This document shows, in pieces, positions 24,291 through 39,700 of a stretch of DNA of 64,000 nucleotides. Numbering within the stretch: the first letter of the stretch is position 1; the number at the start of each line of letters is the position of its first letter. The DNA is from the human T2T-CHM13v2.0 reference genome, Homo sapiens. The notes beneath the pieces were generated by a model. The model ran no database searches. It was not told the origin of the DNA and was given only the letters and a program-made list of their open reading frames with translations. Position numbers and translations under genes: made by a program. The stretch is taken from assembly GCF_009914755.1 (NCBI RefSeq), contig NC_060931.1. One strand, 5' to 3'.

Positions 24291-26399
24291 TCTATGATAA
24301 TCAGCTTGGATGCCATACTGACAGGAAGATAGTGAACTCACAATGTCTAATTAAGATAAAATTAAAAAGTATATTGATTCATGTCCTAAGATTTAAAAAA
24401 CCTAAGCAGCAGTGTCACAATTTCTTCTTTTTAGTTTACATGGTTTCTTAAATGCCTACAATTGTTTTAAAGGAAGCCTTGAATCTATGAATAATTGAGA
24501 CATATGGGATAAATTACTAACCCATTTCTCCTTGAAATCCATTAGATGCTTGATGATTTTTCACATATATTTCTGAATTGAAAAGCTAGTTGCAGATTAT
24601 TTTTATAAGCGTATCCTTATGTAATATTTTGTTGTTAACAGTGAATTGAAGGTTTAAAGATTAAATTATTCTATCCAGAGAATAAAAAGCAATTATTTCA
24701 CAAGGAAAACATGTGTACGTTGACACGACATTTTAAAGTCTAGATTTTAAAATAGGTCCCATATACTTTTGTGTCAATTAGAATATGTTTGTATCAGTCT
24801 GTCTACAGTTTTTCACCTGTCTAAATGTACTTGAACTACAATGACTACCTTGTACAATTTTGAAATTTATGATTCCTCTAAAACTGATTAAAAGAATTAT
24901 GGTAGAGTGAAATTCTGATTGACATAATTTGGGAGAGGAATTATTCCTTGGACATCAACCTCTGCCAAGATAGTTTATAACCACATTGAGGCTTTTTGAT
25001 TTACACAATTTGTTATATAAAAAATACTAAGACGATGACAGATAATACACAGACTTTAATTAAAATAGTACTACAATTAAAAGTCTAAATAAATTAGAAG
25101 TGTACATGGTACATCTAAATGTATGTTATATATTTTATTTGTGCATTTTTTTCCTAGGGTTTCTTTTGCTTTAGTTTGTAAAACGTTCTTATTTTTATGA
25201 TAATGTAGCATATACTAAATAAAGAAAAATCAGGAAATAGAAAATGAAGAAGAAAACATTAGCTATTGTCAACCAAATAAAAATTGTGCAATCTCTAAGC
25301 ACATGAACTATGTAATATTTGTACAGCATAGTACAATGTTTATGCTTCACAGGCTGAGGTAGGGACTGCAAAACCTTGAACTTGGGACAAATAAGAAAGT
25401 AAGGAAATTTTCACAACATATTAATATAGAAAATGCTGAACTTAACAGTTAAGATACAAGTAGTGAAAAATGATTGTGTTTAAGGAGATCTAGAAAATTT
25501 AATCTATACCTGTAATGTGTGAGAAGTATTAGAATAATGCTTGAATTTCTCGATTGGCATCGATTTCTTTTGAGACTGGAAACATAATAGAAGTGAGCAA
25601 AAAAGAATTTAAATTGTGGATACTTGAGTTTTATACGTAGGAGTTTGAGAAACACATTTTGTTCCTATCAAAGCAGTTGGCACAAGAGTGTACAAAATAC
25701 CCTAATTGTGTCTATGTGGAGAAGACATAGAAAAACAGAGAATAGCAAAACAGAAATAGCAAAAAAGCACAAATACATTTTACCTGCATTTTTAAGTAAA
25801 TCCAATTAGAGAAGGAAAACATGAAATTTGTGTTTTATCAAATTTTTTCTCTTTCTCATAATATAGTTGATTATATTACTGGAAAAAATTTGAAGCACTG
25901 GTATGTTCACAAATAAAAGAAAAATGTAAGATCAAAACCATGGGAATGCAGGGAGCAGACAAAACATAACTAAACACCGAAATTGATTTTGCCCTACGGA
26001 CATGTAGCAAAATAAATGAGTGCAGATTCCTACTGTCATACATCACATAGGACAGTAAAGAAATACATAGTGTTTCCCGAGATAGGGCATCACACAGGAG
26101 CTCCTCCCTAAAGGTAGGACCAACATTTCTATCCTCAGTATAAAGAAGAATCAGAGGTAAATTAGTCCCAATTCACATTCGCTGGAAATGGCAAAAATGA
26201 CTTGAGATTGGACAGATTTAAAGAAACTCAATTGTTAATGATTTACAGAAACTAGTTTAAAAATTGTTTAAATGTGCAGTCCAAACATACGTCCAAACAG
26301 CTTTAGGCCAAGAATTAACATAATGTGGTCCCAGAATGGTGGTGACTTTTGTAGAATCACAAAAAAATTCAAATTCTCTTTGGCAAATTTTCTATTTAC

Positions 26400-27420
26400 T
26401 AATCTGTAAAAGCGCACAAAAATAATTTTCAGAGAAAAATAAATATTTGTCATTCAAAGGCATCTAAGTATGCAAGGAAATGATATTCCACCATTTGAAA
26501 GGAAAGCAGAAAAAGAGCACAAACAGATCCACAAAGGTTCATTAGTAGAAATATCACTGTTAGATTATAAAGCACATTTACTTTCAAAATTTTTTTAAAA
26601 AATGATTATATTGTTAGGAGACAAAAAAATTGATGTAGCAAATTTGAAAAGTAGTTTGTATAAAAATATAGTTATTTTAAATTAAAATCTAAAAAATGTA
26701 CTCATCAGATTAGACATGGCCAAGGTGAGAGTTCACAAATATTTCAGAATGCATTAGAGAAAATTTTTAAAAATTTAAAATGTGGACAGAATCATGAAGA
26801 GACATGGAAGATACAGTGAGAAACTGTAGCATGTGTTTAGAGAGTGTTCTCATAGAAGAAGGGAACCGGGAAGGGACAATATGTGATGGTATTTTGGCTG
26901 AAATTTCCCTAGACTTTTGTAAGACACTAATCTGCATATTCAAAAATTCCATGCTTGCTAAGCTAGCTACAATGGAGACAAACCTACACCTATGTATCTC
27001 ATAGAGAAATAGTAAACAACAAGGAAGGGAAAAATATTTCAATTAGCACTAGAAAAATGAAATTACTTTTAATCATATTGAAATCTGAAAAACAGAAAGG
27101 TAAAATAAACAATATTATTTGTTAAGAATAATAATGCCATTCTGAATTTCTAAACAAAGAAAAATATTCATCAACCTATGGCTAAATAACACATTTAGAG
27201 ATAAAAAACAAAACGCCACCAGCAGAATTCTACTAAAGAAACTACTGAGAAACTCTGAAAATATGCTTCAGAAAGATTGAAGTTCTGAAATCAAAGAATG
27301 AACACAGAGTAAAATATATTGCAAACATACAGATAGAACAAATAAGAAACTGGGTTTTGAAACAAAAATATATTTAAAATTAGATAAGCACTGCAATATG
27401 TATGATAAAAACAAAATTAT
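26400..27420 (+). mobile_element. Ancient L1 (L1M/L1ME) ORF1 region, highly degenerate, cut off near the satellite
   Basis: ORF 26804..27004 MEDTVRNCSMCLESVLIEEGNREGTICDGILAEISLDF resembles ORF1p EDRSRRSNIRIIGVPE...IFEEIMAENFP; it is followed by AAACCTACACCTA (PTPRH-like) on an A-rich sense strand. Confidence 0.6.
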
Positions 27421-27502
27421 TAGGGCTGAAGTATTCAAAGAACCCTTAACTGTCTGACAAGAGCAGAAAATTGAGTATGACTTTGCAACTCTTTTTCTCT
27501 TT

Positions 27503-27791
27503 CGAATGGAATAGAATGGAATGGATTGGAAGTGAATGGAATTGAATCGAATGGAATTGAATGGAGAGGAATGGAATGGAGAGGAATGGAATGGAATGGG
27601 AGATGAGATTGTGCCATTGTGCTACAGGAAGGGTGACAGAGTGAGACACTCTTGAAAGAAAGGAATGGAATGGAAAGCAGTGGAATATAATGGAATGTAA
27701 TGCAATGGAGTGGAGTGGAGTGGAGTGCAGAGGAGAGGAGTGGAATGGAGTGGAATGGAATCGGACGTAATGGAATGTAGTGGAATGGAAT
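27503..27791 (+). repeat. Short (GGAAT)n/(GGAGT)n HSat3-like tract at the satellite edge
   Basis: GAATGGAATAGAATGGAATGG... and GGAGTGGAGTGGAG, without the CATCATCG motif of HSat2. Confidence 0.9.
27600..27660 (+). mobile_element. Alu 3'-end remnant embedded in GGAAT repeats
   Basis: GAGATGAGATTGTGCCATTGTGCTACAGGAAGGGTGACAGAGTGAGACACTCTTGAAAGAA versus Alu GAGCCGAGATCGCGCCACTGCACTCCAGCCTGGGCGACAGAGCGAGACTCCGTCTCAAAA. Confidence 0.8.
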
Positions 27792-30700
27792 GGAATCATC
27801 ATCGAATGGAATAGAATGGAATTATCATCGAATGGAATCAAATGGAATCATCATCGAATGGAATTGAATGGAGTCCTCAGCGAATGGACTCGAAAGGCAT
27901 CATCATGCAATGGACTTGAATGGAATCATCAACGAATGGACTCGAAAGGAATCATCATCGAATAGAATCAAATGGAATCATCATTGAATGGAAGCGAATG
28001 GAATCATCGAATGGAATCCAATGGAATCATAATTGAATGGATTCGAATAGAATCATCAAATGAAATAGAATGGAATCAACATCAAATGCAATTGAAAGGA
28101 ATCATAAAATAGTATAGAATGGAATCATCATCGAATGGAATGGAATGGAATCATCATTAAATGGAATCAAAAGCAATCATTCAATGGACTCTAATAGAAT
28201 CATTGAATGGACATGAACTGAATCATCGAATGGAGTAGAATGAAATCATCGAATGGACACGAATGGAATCACGATCGAATGGAATTGAATGGAATCATCT
28301 AATGGACACGAATGGAATCATCATTGAATGGAATAGAACGGAATCGTCATCAAATGGAATCGAATGGAATCATCTAATGGACCCGAATGGAATCATCTTT
28401 CAATGGAATAGAATGGAATCATCATCGAATGGAATGGAATGGAATCATCTAATGGACCCGAATGGAATCATCATCAAATTGAATTTAATGGAATCATCAT
28501 TGAATGGAATCAAATGGAATCATGTAATTGACACGAATAGAATCATCATCGAATGGAATCGAATGGAATCATCTAATGTACCCAAATGGAATCATCATTG
28601 AATGGAATAGAATGGAATCATCAAACGGAATCGAATGGAATCTTCATCATATGGAATCGAGTGCAATCATCGAATGGACTCTAATGTAATAATCGGAGAA
28701 TGGAATCGAATGGAATCATCGAATGGACTCGAATGGAATCATCATCGAATGGAATCGAATGGAATCATCGAATAGCATCGAATGGAATCATCATCGAATG
28801 GAATTGAATAGAATCATCGAATGGACTCAAATGGAATCATCATCGAATGGAATGGAATGGAATCATCAAATGGATTAGAATGGAATCATCATGGAATGAA
28901 ATCAAATGGAATCTTCGAACAGCATCAAATGGAATCATCATTGAACGGAATCGAATGGAATGATCTATTGGACTTGAATGGAATTGTCGTTGAATGGAAA
29001 CAAATGGAAACATCAAATGGACATAAATGGAATCATGATCGAATGGATTCGAATGGATTCATCATCAAATGTAATCGAATAGAATCATCATTGAATGGAA
29101 TCGAATGGAATCGTCGAATGGAAGAGAATGGATTCATCTTCGAATGGAATCAAATAGAATCATCAAATGCAACAGAATGGAATCATCATTGAATGGAAAC
29201 GATTGGAATCATCATCGAATGGAATTGAATAGAATCATCATCGAATGGAATGGAAGGTAATCATTGAATGGACACCAATGGAACAATCACCAAATGGAAA
29301 CGAATGGAATCTTCGAATGGAATCAAATGGAATCATCAAGTGCAATCGAATGCAATCATCATCAAATGGAATCGAAAGGAATCATCATCGAATGGAATCG
29401 AATAGAATCACCCAATGAAAAGGAATGGAATCATCATTGAATGGAATCGAATGAACTCATCATCAAATGGAATCAAACGGAATCATCATCAAATGGAACC
29501 GAAGAGAATCATCAATGAATGAAATCGAAAGGAATCATCACTGAAAGGAATCGAATGGAATCATCAACGAATGGAAACAAATGGAATCATTGAATGGAAT
29601 AAAATGTAATCATCATCGAATTGAACCCAATAGAATCATTAAATGGACTCGAATGGAATCATCGATTCGACTCAAATGGAATAACCATCAAATGGAATAG
29701 AATGGAATCATCGAATGGAATGAATGGAATCATCATCGAATGAAATCAAACGGAATCATCGAATGGACTCGAATGGAATCATCATAGAATGGAATCTAAA
29801 GGAATCATCGAATAGACACGAATGGGATCATCATCGCATGGAATCGAATAGAATCATCATCAAATGCAATCGAACAGAATCATAATCAAATGGAATCAAA
29901 TGGAGTCATCGAATGGAATAGAAGGGAATCATCATCAAATGGAATCAAATAGAATCATCGAATGCAATCAAATGGAATCATCATCAAATGGAATCAAATG
30001 GAATCATCATTGAGTAGAATCAAATGGAATTGTCAAAAAATGAAATTGAATGGAATCATCGAATGGAACCAAATGGAATCATCATCGAATGGAACCGAAT
30101 GAATCTTCGTCAAATGGAACCAAACGGAGTCATCATCGAATGGAATTGAATGGAATCATAATCGAATCTAATTGAATGGAATCATCATTGAATGGAATCG
30201 AATGGAATCACCAAATTGAATAGAATGGAATGAAAATCGAATGGAATCAAAGAGAATCATTGAATGGGATTGAACGGAATCATCGAAGGGAGTTGAAAGG
30301 CATCGTCAAATGGATTTGAATGGAATAATCAATGAATGGAATTGAATGGAATCATCGAATGGACTCGAATGGAATCATCATTAATTGAATGGAATCACTG
30401 AATTGAATCAAATGGAATGATCATCGAATGGAATAGAAGGGAATCATCGAATGGGATTGAACGGAGTCATTGAATGGAATCGAGGGGAATCATCAAATGG
30501 ATTTCAATTTAACCATCATCAAATGGAATCGAGTGTAATCATTGAAGGGATTCGAATGGAATCATCATCAAATGGAATTGAATGGAATCAGCGAATAGAC
30601 ACGAATGGAATCATCGTTGAATCATTGAAAGGTATCGAATGGAATCATCATCAAATGGAATCTAATGGAATAATCGAATGGACTCGAATGAAATCATCGA

Positions 30701-33700
30701 AAGGACTCGAGCAGAATCATTATCGAATGGAATCGAATGGAATCATTGAATGGACTTGAATGGAATCATCATCGAATGGAATTGAATGGAATCATCAAAT
30801 GGACGCGAATAGAATCATCATCAAATGGAATCCATTGGAATCATCTAATGGAATCGAATGGAAATATCGAATGGAATCAAATGGAATCATCTTTGAATAA
30901 AATTGAATGGAATCATCTAATGGAATATAATGAAATTATCAGCGAATGGAATCGAATGGAACCATCGAAAGGAATTGAATGGAATCACCATTGAATGGAA
31001 TCGAATGGAATCATCATCGAATAGAACTGAAAGGAATAATTGAATGGACCCGAATGGAGTCATCATCGAATGGAATTGAATGGAATCATTTAGTGGACAC
31101 GAATGGAACCATCATGGAATATGATAGAAAGCAATCATCAAGTGGATTCGAACAGAATGATCAAATGGACTTGAATGTAATCATCATCGAATGAAATCAA
31201 ATGGAATCATCGAATGGACTCGAATGCAATCATCAATGAAAGGAATCGAATGGAATCATCAAATGGAATCGAATTGAATCATCATCATATGTAATTGAAT
31301 GGAATCATTGAATGGACTCGAATGGAATCATCATCGAATAGAATTGAATGGAATCATCAAATGGACTTGAAAGGAATCATCATCAAATGGAATCGAAAGG
31401 AATGATCGAATAGTATCGAATGTAATTATTATCGAATGAAATCGCATTGAATCATTGAATCGACTCGAATGGGATCATCATCTAATGGAATCGAATGGAG
31501 TCATCGACTGGACTCGAATGGAATCATCATCGAATGTAATGGAATGGAATCATCAAATGGATTAGAATGGAATCATCATCGAACGAAATCGAATGGAATC
31601 ATTGAATGGAAAAGAAGGGAATCATCTTTGAATGGAATCAAATAGAATCATCGAATGAAATCAAATGGAATCATCATTGAATGGAATTGAATGAAATCAT
31701 TATGGAATGGAATTGAATAGAATCATCATCAAATGGAATGGAATGGAATCATGGAATGGACACGAATGGAATCATCATCGAATGGAATTGAATGGAATCA
31801 TCAAACGGACTCGAATGAGATCATCATCAAATGGAATCCATTGGAATCATCAAATGGAACCAAATGGAATTATCGAATGAAATCGAATGGAATCATCTTT
31901 GAATAAAATCAAATGGAATCATCGAATGGAATCTAATGCAATCATCATAAAATGGAATTGAATGGAACCATAGAATGCAATAGAATGGAATCACCATTGA
32001 ATGGACTCGAATGGAATAATCATTGAATAGAATCTAAAGGAAACATTGAATGGAATCAAATGGAACCATCATCGAATGGAATCGAATGGAATCAACGAAT
32101 GGAACCAAATGGAATCATCATCGAATGCAATTGAATGGAATCATCTTCAAACGGTATCGATTGGAATCATCAACGAATGGAATACAATAGAATCATCATC
32201 GAATGGAACCAAATGGAATCATCAAATGGCCTCTAATGGAATCATCGAAAGGACTTGAATGGAATCACCATCGAATGGAATCAAATGGAATCATCGTTGA
32301 ATGGAATCAAATGGAATCATCGAATGGAATCGAATGCAATAATCATCGAAAGGAATCAAATGGAATCATCGAATGGAAACGAATGGAATCACCATTGAAT
32401 GCACTCACATGGAATCATCATCGAATAGAATCAAAAGGAATCATCGAATGGACTCAAATGGAATCATCATTGAATGGAATCGAAAGGAATCATCAAATGG
32501 AGTCAATTGGAATCATCCTCAAATGTAATAAAATGGAATCATAGAATGGAATCGAATGGAACCATCATCAAATGGATTCGAATAGAATCATCGAATTAAA
32601 TCGAATGGAATCAACATCAAATGGAATCTAAAGGAATCATAGTATGGTATCGAATGGAATCATCATCGAACGGAATGGTATGGAATCATCATTGAATGGA
32701 ATCAAAAGCAATCATTTAATGGATTCTAATAGAATCATCGAATGGACTTGAATGGAATCATCATTGAATGGAGTAGAATGGAATCATTGAATGGACCCGA
32801 ATGGAATCATCTAATTGAAATGAATGGAAGCATCACCGAATGGAATAGAATGCCATCATCATCGAATTTAATCAAATGGAATCATCTAATGGACATGAAT
32901 GTAATCATCTTTGAATGGAATAGAATGGAATCATCATCGAATGGAATCGAAAGCAATCATCTAATGGACCCGAATGGAATAATCATCGAATTGAATAGAA
33001 TGGAATCATCATCGAATGGAATCGAATGCAATCATGTAATGGACACGAATAGAATCATCATCGAATAGAATCACATTGAAACATCTAATGTAAACGAATG
33101 GAATCATCATCAGATGGAATAGAAAGGAATCATCAAATGTAACCGAATGGAATAATCATCAAATGCAAAAGAATGGAATCATCAAATGGAATCAAATGGA
33201 ATCTTCATCGTATGGAAACGAGTGCAATCATCGAATGAACTCGAATGGAAATATCATTGAATTTAATCAAATGGAATCATCTAATGGACTCAAATGGAAT
33301 CATCATCCATTGGAATCGAATGGAATCATCTAAAGGACTCATGGAATCATCATCGAATAGAAAGGAATGGAACCATTGAATGGATTCAAATGGAATTCTC
33401 ACCAAATGGAATGGAATGGAATCATCAAATGGATTACAATGGAATCATCATTGAATGGAATCGAATGGTATCATTGAATGGTATCAGATGGAATCATCAT
33501 CTAATGGAATCGAATGGAATGATCTAATGGACTCGAATGGAATCTTCGTTGAATGGAATCGAATGGAAACATCAAATGGACACGAATGGAATCATCATCG
33601 AATGGAATCGAATGGAATAATCATCAAATGTAATCGAATAGAATGATCATTGAATGGAATCGAATGGAATCATCGAATGGAATAGAATGGACTCGTCTTC

Positions 33701-36700
33701 GAATGGAATCAAATAGAATGATCGAATCCAATCAAACGGAATCATCATTAAATGGAAACGAATGGAATCATCATCGAATGGAATTGAATAGAATCATCAT
33801 CGAATGGAACGGAATGGAATCATCTAATGGACACCAATGGAACCATCATCGAATGCAATTGAACGGAATATTCGAATAGACACAATTGGAATCATCATCG
33901 ATTGCAATTGAATGGAATCATCATCAAATGGAATCCAATGGAATCATTATCGAATGGAATCGAATGGAATCCTCAAATGCAATAGAATTGAATTATCACT
34001 GAATGGAATCGAATAGAATCATTGAATGAAATGGAATTGAATCGTCATTGAATGGAATCGAATGAAATCATCATGAAATGGAATCGAATGGAATCATCAT
34101 CGAATGGAAACGAATGGAATAATCAACGAATGAAATAGAAAGGAATCATCATTAAAAGCAGTCGAATGGAATCATCAATGAATGGAAACAAATGGAATCA
34201 TCGAATGGAATAAAATGTAATCATCATCGAATTAAATCCAATGGAATCACTAAATGGACTCGAATGGAATCATTGATTTGACTCAAAAGGAATCATCATC
34301 GAATGGAATAGAATGGAATCATCGAATGGAATTGAATAGAATCATCATCGAATGGAATTGAATGGAATCATCGAATGGACTCGAATGGAATCATCATTGA
34401 ATGGAATCGAATAGAAACATCATCAGATGGTATCGAATAGAATCATCATCAAATGGCATCGAACGGAGTCATCGAATGGAAGAGAAGGGAATCATCATAG
34501 AATGGAATCAAATAGAATCATCGAATGAAATCAAATAGAATCATCATCGAATGGAATTGAATGGAATCTTCATCAAATGGAATCTAATGGAATCATCATC
34601 AAATGGAATCGAATGGAATCATCATCGAATTGAATTTAACAGAATCATCATCGAATTGAATCTAACAGAATCATCATCGAATGGAATCAAGTTGAATCAT
34701 CAATGAATAGAATCGAATGGAGTCACCAAATGGAATCTGTTGGAATCATCATCGAATGGAACTGAAGGAAGTCATCATGGAATGGAATCAAATGGAATCA
34801 TCGAATAGACTCGAATGGAATCATCGAATGTACACAAAAGCAATAATCATCTAATGGAATCTAATGGAATCATCAAAAGGAATCGAATGGAATCAACATC
34901 GAATGGACTCGAATGAAAATATTGAATGCAATCGAATGGAATCGTAATTGACGGGAATTGAATGGAATCATCGAATGGAGTCGAATGAAATCATCAGATA
35001 ATGGAATTGAATGGAATAATCGAATGGACTCGAATGGAATCAACGTTGAATGGAATCGAAGGGAATCAACGAATGGAATCGAATGCAATCATCAGGGAAT
35101 GGAATCGAATGGAATCATCATCGACTGGAATTGAATGAAATCATTGAGTGCACTCGAGAGGAATCATCGGAGAATGGAATCAAATGGAATTATCAAATGG
35201 ACTAGAATTGAATCAACTTTCAATGGAATTGAATGGAATAATCGAATGGACTTGAATGCTATCATCGAATGGACTCGAAAGCAATCATCATCGAATGGAA
35301 TCGAATGGAATCATTGAATGGACATGAATGGAATTATCATCGAATGGAATTGAATGGAACCATCAAATGGACTCGAATGGAATTATCATGGAATGGAATG
35401 GAATAGAACCATTGAATGGACTCTAATGGAATCATCATTGAATAGAATCAAATGGAATCATCATCTAATGGAATCGAATAGAATCACTATCGAATGAAAT
35501 AGAATGCAATCATCATTGAATGGAATAAAATGGAATCATCATTGAATGGAATCGAATGGAATCATCAACAAATGTAATTGAATGGAATCATCAAATGGAA
35601 TCTAATGGAATCATGATCGAATGAAACCAAATAGAATCATCATGAAATAGAACTGAATGGAGTCATCATCGAATTGAATCGAATGGAATCATCATCGAAT
35701 GGAATCGAATGGAATCATCATCGAATTGAATCTAATGGAATCAACATCGAATGGAATCCAATGGAATCACTGAATTATATCGAATGGAATGATCATCAAA
35801 TGGAATCGAAGGGAATCATAGAATGGGATCGAACAGAATCATCGATGGTAATTGAATGGAATCATCGAATGGATTCGAAGGGAATCATCATCAAATGGAA
35901 TCAAATGCAATCATCGAATGGACACGAGTGGAATCATCCTTGAATGGATTCAAATGGAATCATTGAATGGCATCAAATGGAATCATCATCGAATGGAATC
36001 TAACGGAATCATAGAATGGACACGAATGGAATCATCGATTGGACTTAAGTGGAATCATCATCGAATGGAATCGAATGGAATCATCGAATGGACTCGAATG
36101 GAATCATCATCAAATGGAATATAATGGAATCATCAAATACAATCAAATGGCATCGTCATCAAATGAAATCAAATGGAATCATTGAATGGACTAGAATGTA
36201 ATCATCATCGAAAGGAATTGAAAGGAATCATCAAATGGACTGGAATGGAATCAATGAATGGACTCGAATGAAATCATCATCGAATGGTATCGAATGGAGA
36301 CATTGAATTAACTCGAATGGAATAATCATAGAATGGAGTTGAATGGAATCATCGAATGGAATCGAATGGAATCATCATTGAATGGGATCGAATGGTATCG
36401 TCATCGAATGGTATCGAATGGAATCATCATCGAATGAAATCTAATGGAATAATAAAGTATTGGGAGCGAATGGAATCATCAATGAATGTAATCGAATGGA
36501 GAAATCAAATGGAATCCATTCGAATCATCATCGAATGGAACCAAATGCAGTCATCATCGAATGGAATTGAATGGAATCCTCCACTGAATGGAATCGAATG
36601 GAATCATCAGTGAATGGAATCAAAAGGAATCATCATGGAATAGAATAGAATGGAACCATCGAATGGAATGGAATGGCATCATCATGGAAAGGAATCACAG

Positions 36701-39700
36701 GGCATCATCTAATGGAATCAAACCGAATCATCGAATGGAAACGAATGGAATCATCATCAAATGGACTCGAATGGAATTATCATCGAATGGAATCAAATGG
36801 AATCATCAAATGGACTCGAATGGAATAATCGAGTAGACTCCAATTAAATCAACCAATGAAATCGAATGCAATCATCGAATGGACTCGAATGGAATCATCA
36901 TAAAATGGAATCAGATGGAATCAATGAAGGGACTCGAATGGAATCATCAAAAGGAACAGAATGCAATCATCATTGAATGGAATCAAATGGAATCACTGAA
37001 TGGACTCGAATGGAATCATCATTGAATGGAATCGAATGGGATCATCATCAAATGGAATCGAATGGGAATATCATCAAAAGTAATCCAATGGAATCACTGA
37101 ATGGACACGAAAGTAATGATCAAATGGACACGAATGGAATCATCAAATGGAATCGAATGGAATCATTGAATGGGCTCAAATGGAATTATCGAATGGACTC
37201 AACTGGAGTCATCGAACTGACTCTAATGGAATCATCATCAAACGGAATCGAATGAAATCATCAAATGGACTCGAATTGAATCATTGAATGGACTCGAATG
37301 AAATCATCGAATGGACTCAAATGGAATCATCATCGAATGGAATCGAATGCAATCCTCGAATAGAATCAAAAGGAATCATCAAATGAAATTGAACAGAATC
37401 ATCATCCAATGGAATCGAATGGAGTCATCAAATGAAATCGAACGGAATCATCATCCAATGGAATCGAATGGAATCATCGAACGGAATCGAAGCAATCATC
37501 ATCGAGTGGAATCAAAGGGAATCATCAAATGGAATCGAATGGAATCATCATCAAGTTGAATCAAGTGAAATCATGGAATGGAATCGAATGGAATCATTGG
37601 CGAATGGAAAGGAATGGAATCAATGAATGGAATTGAATGCAATCACCAATGAATGGAATTGAATGGAATCATCCTCGAATGGAATCGAATGGAGTCATCG
37701 AATGGACTCGAATAGAATCATCATCGAATGGAATTGTGTGGAATCATCTAATGGGCACGAATAGAATAATCATCAAATGGAATCGAATGGAATCATCTAA
37801 TTTACTCAAAGAGAATCATTATTGAATGCAGTAGAATGGAATCATGGAATGGAATCAAATGGAATCATCATCATATGGAATTGAGAGGAATCATTGATTG
37901 GACTCGAATGTAATCATCAGAGAATGGAATCAAATGGAATCATCAAAGGGATTCGAATGGAAGCATCATCGAATGGAATCGAATGGAATCTTCATCAAGT
38001 ATAATCAAAAGCAATCATCAAATGGATTCGAATAGAATCATCGAATGGACTCGAATGGAATCATCATTGAATGGAATCAAATGGAATCATCGAATTTACT
38101 CGAATGGAAACATCAAGTGGAATTGAAGGGAATCATCAAATGGACTTGAATTTAATCATTGCATGGACTCGAATGGAATAATTGAGTGGACTCGAAAGGA
38201 ATCATCATCGAATGAAATCAAATGGAATCACCAACTGGACACAAATGGAATCATCTTCGAATAGAATCAAAAGGAATCATCAAATGTACTCGAATGGAAT
38301 ATCATCAAACGGAATCAAAAGCATCATCGAATTGACTCAAATGGAATTATGGAATGGACTGGAATGGAATCATTGAATGGACTTGAATGGAAGCATCATC
38401 GAATGGACTCACATGGAATGAACGAATGGACTCAAATGGAATCATGGATTGGACTCAAATAGAATTATCAAATGGGCTCGAATGGAATCATCAAATGGAC
38501 TCGAATGGAATCATTTTTGAATGGAATCAAATGGAATCATGAAATGGAACCAAATTGAATCATCAAATGGAATTGATCAGAGTCATCATCGAATGGAATC
38601 AAATGGAATCATCGAATGGAATCGAATGCAGTCATTATCAAATAAACTCAAATGGAATCATCATTGAATGGAATCAAATAGAATCATCGAATGGCATCAA
38701 ATGGAATCATCATCAAATAGAATCTAATGAAATAACCGAATGGACTCGAGTGGAATCACTGAATGGAGTCAAATGGAATCATCACCGAATCAAATCAAGT
38801 GGAGTCATCGAATAGCATCGAATGGAATCATCATTGAATGGAATTGAAAGGAATCATCGAATGGACTTGAATGAAATCATTGAATGGATTTGAATGGAAA
38901 CATCATCGAATGGAATCAAATGGAATAATAGAATCAACACAAATGGTATCATCATCAAATGGAATCGAATGGAATCAACGAAAGGAATCGAATGGAATCA
39001 TCATGGAATGTTATCAAATGAAATCATCATCGAATGGAATCGAAAGGAATCATCATCTAATGGAAATGAATGCAAACATCAACGATTGAAATCAAATGGA
39101 GAAATCGAATGGAATCATGGATTTGCCTCAAATGGAATTATCGAATGGGCTCGAATGGAATCATTGAATGGACTCGAATGGAATCATTATCGAATGGAAT
39201 CAAATGGAATAATCTAATGGAATCGAATCTAATCATTGAATGGAATCGATCGGAATCATTGATTGGAATCGAATGCAATCATCATCAAATGGAATCAAAT
39301 GGAATCATCATCAAATAGAATCGAATGGAATCATCGAATGGAATCGAATGACATCATTGTCTAATGGAATCAAATGGAATCATAGAATGGAATCCAATGG
39401 AATCATCATCAAATGGAATCGATTGGAATCATTATCGAATAGAATTGAATGGAATCACTGAATGGAATCATCATCAAATAGATTCCAATGGAATCATCGA
39501 ACTGACTCGAATGCAATCATCATTGAATGGAATCGAATGGAATCATTGAATGGAAACGAGTGGAATCATCATCAAAAGGAATCGAATGGTATCATCAAAT
39601 GCACTTGAATGGAATCATCAATGAATGGAATCGAACGGTATCATCAAATGGAATCGAATGGAATCATCTTCGAGTGGAATCTAAAGGAATCGCCAAATGG

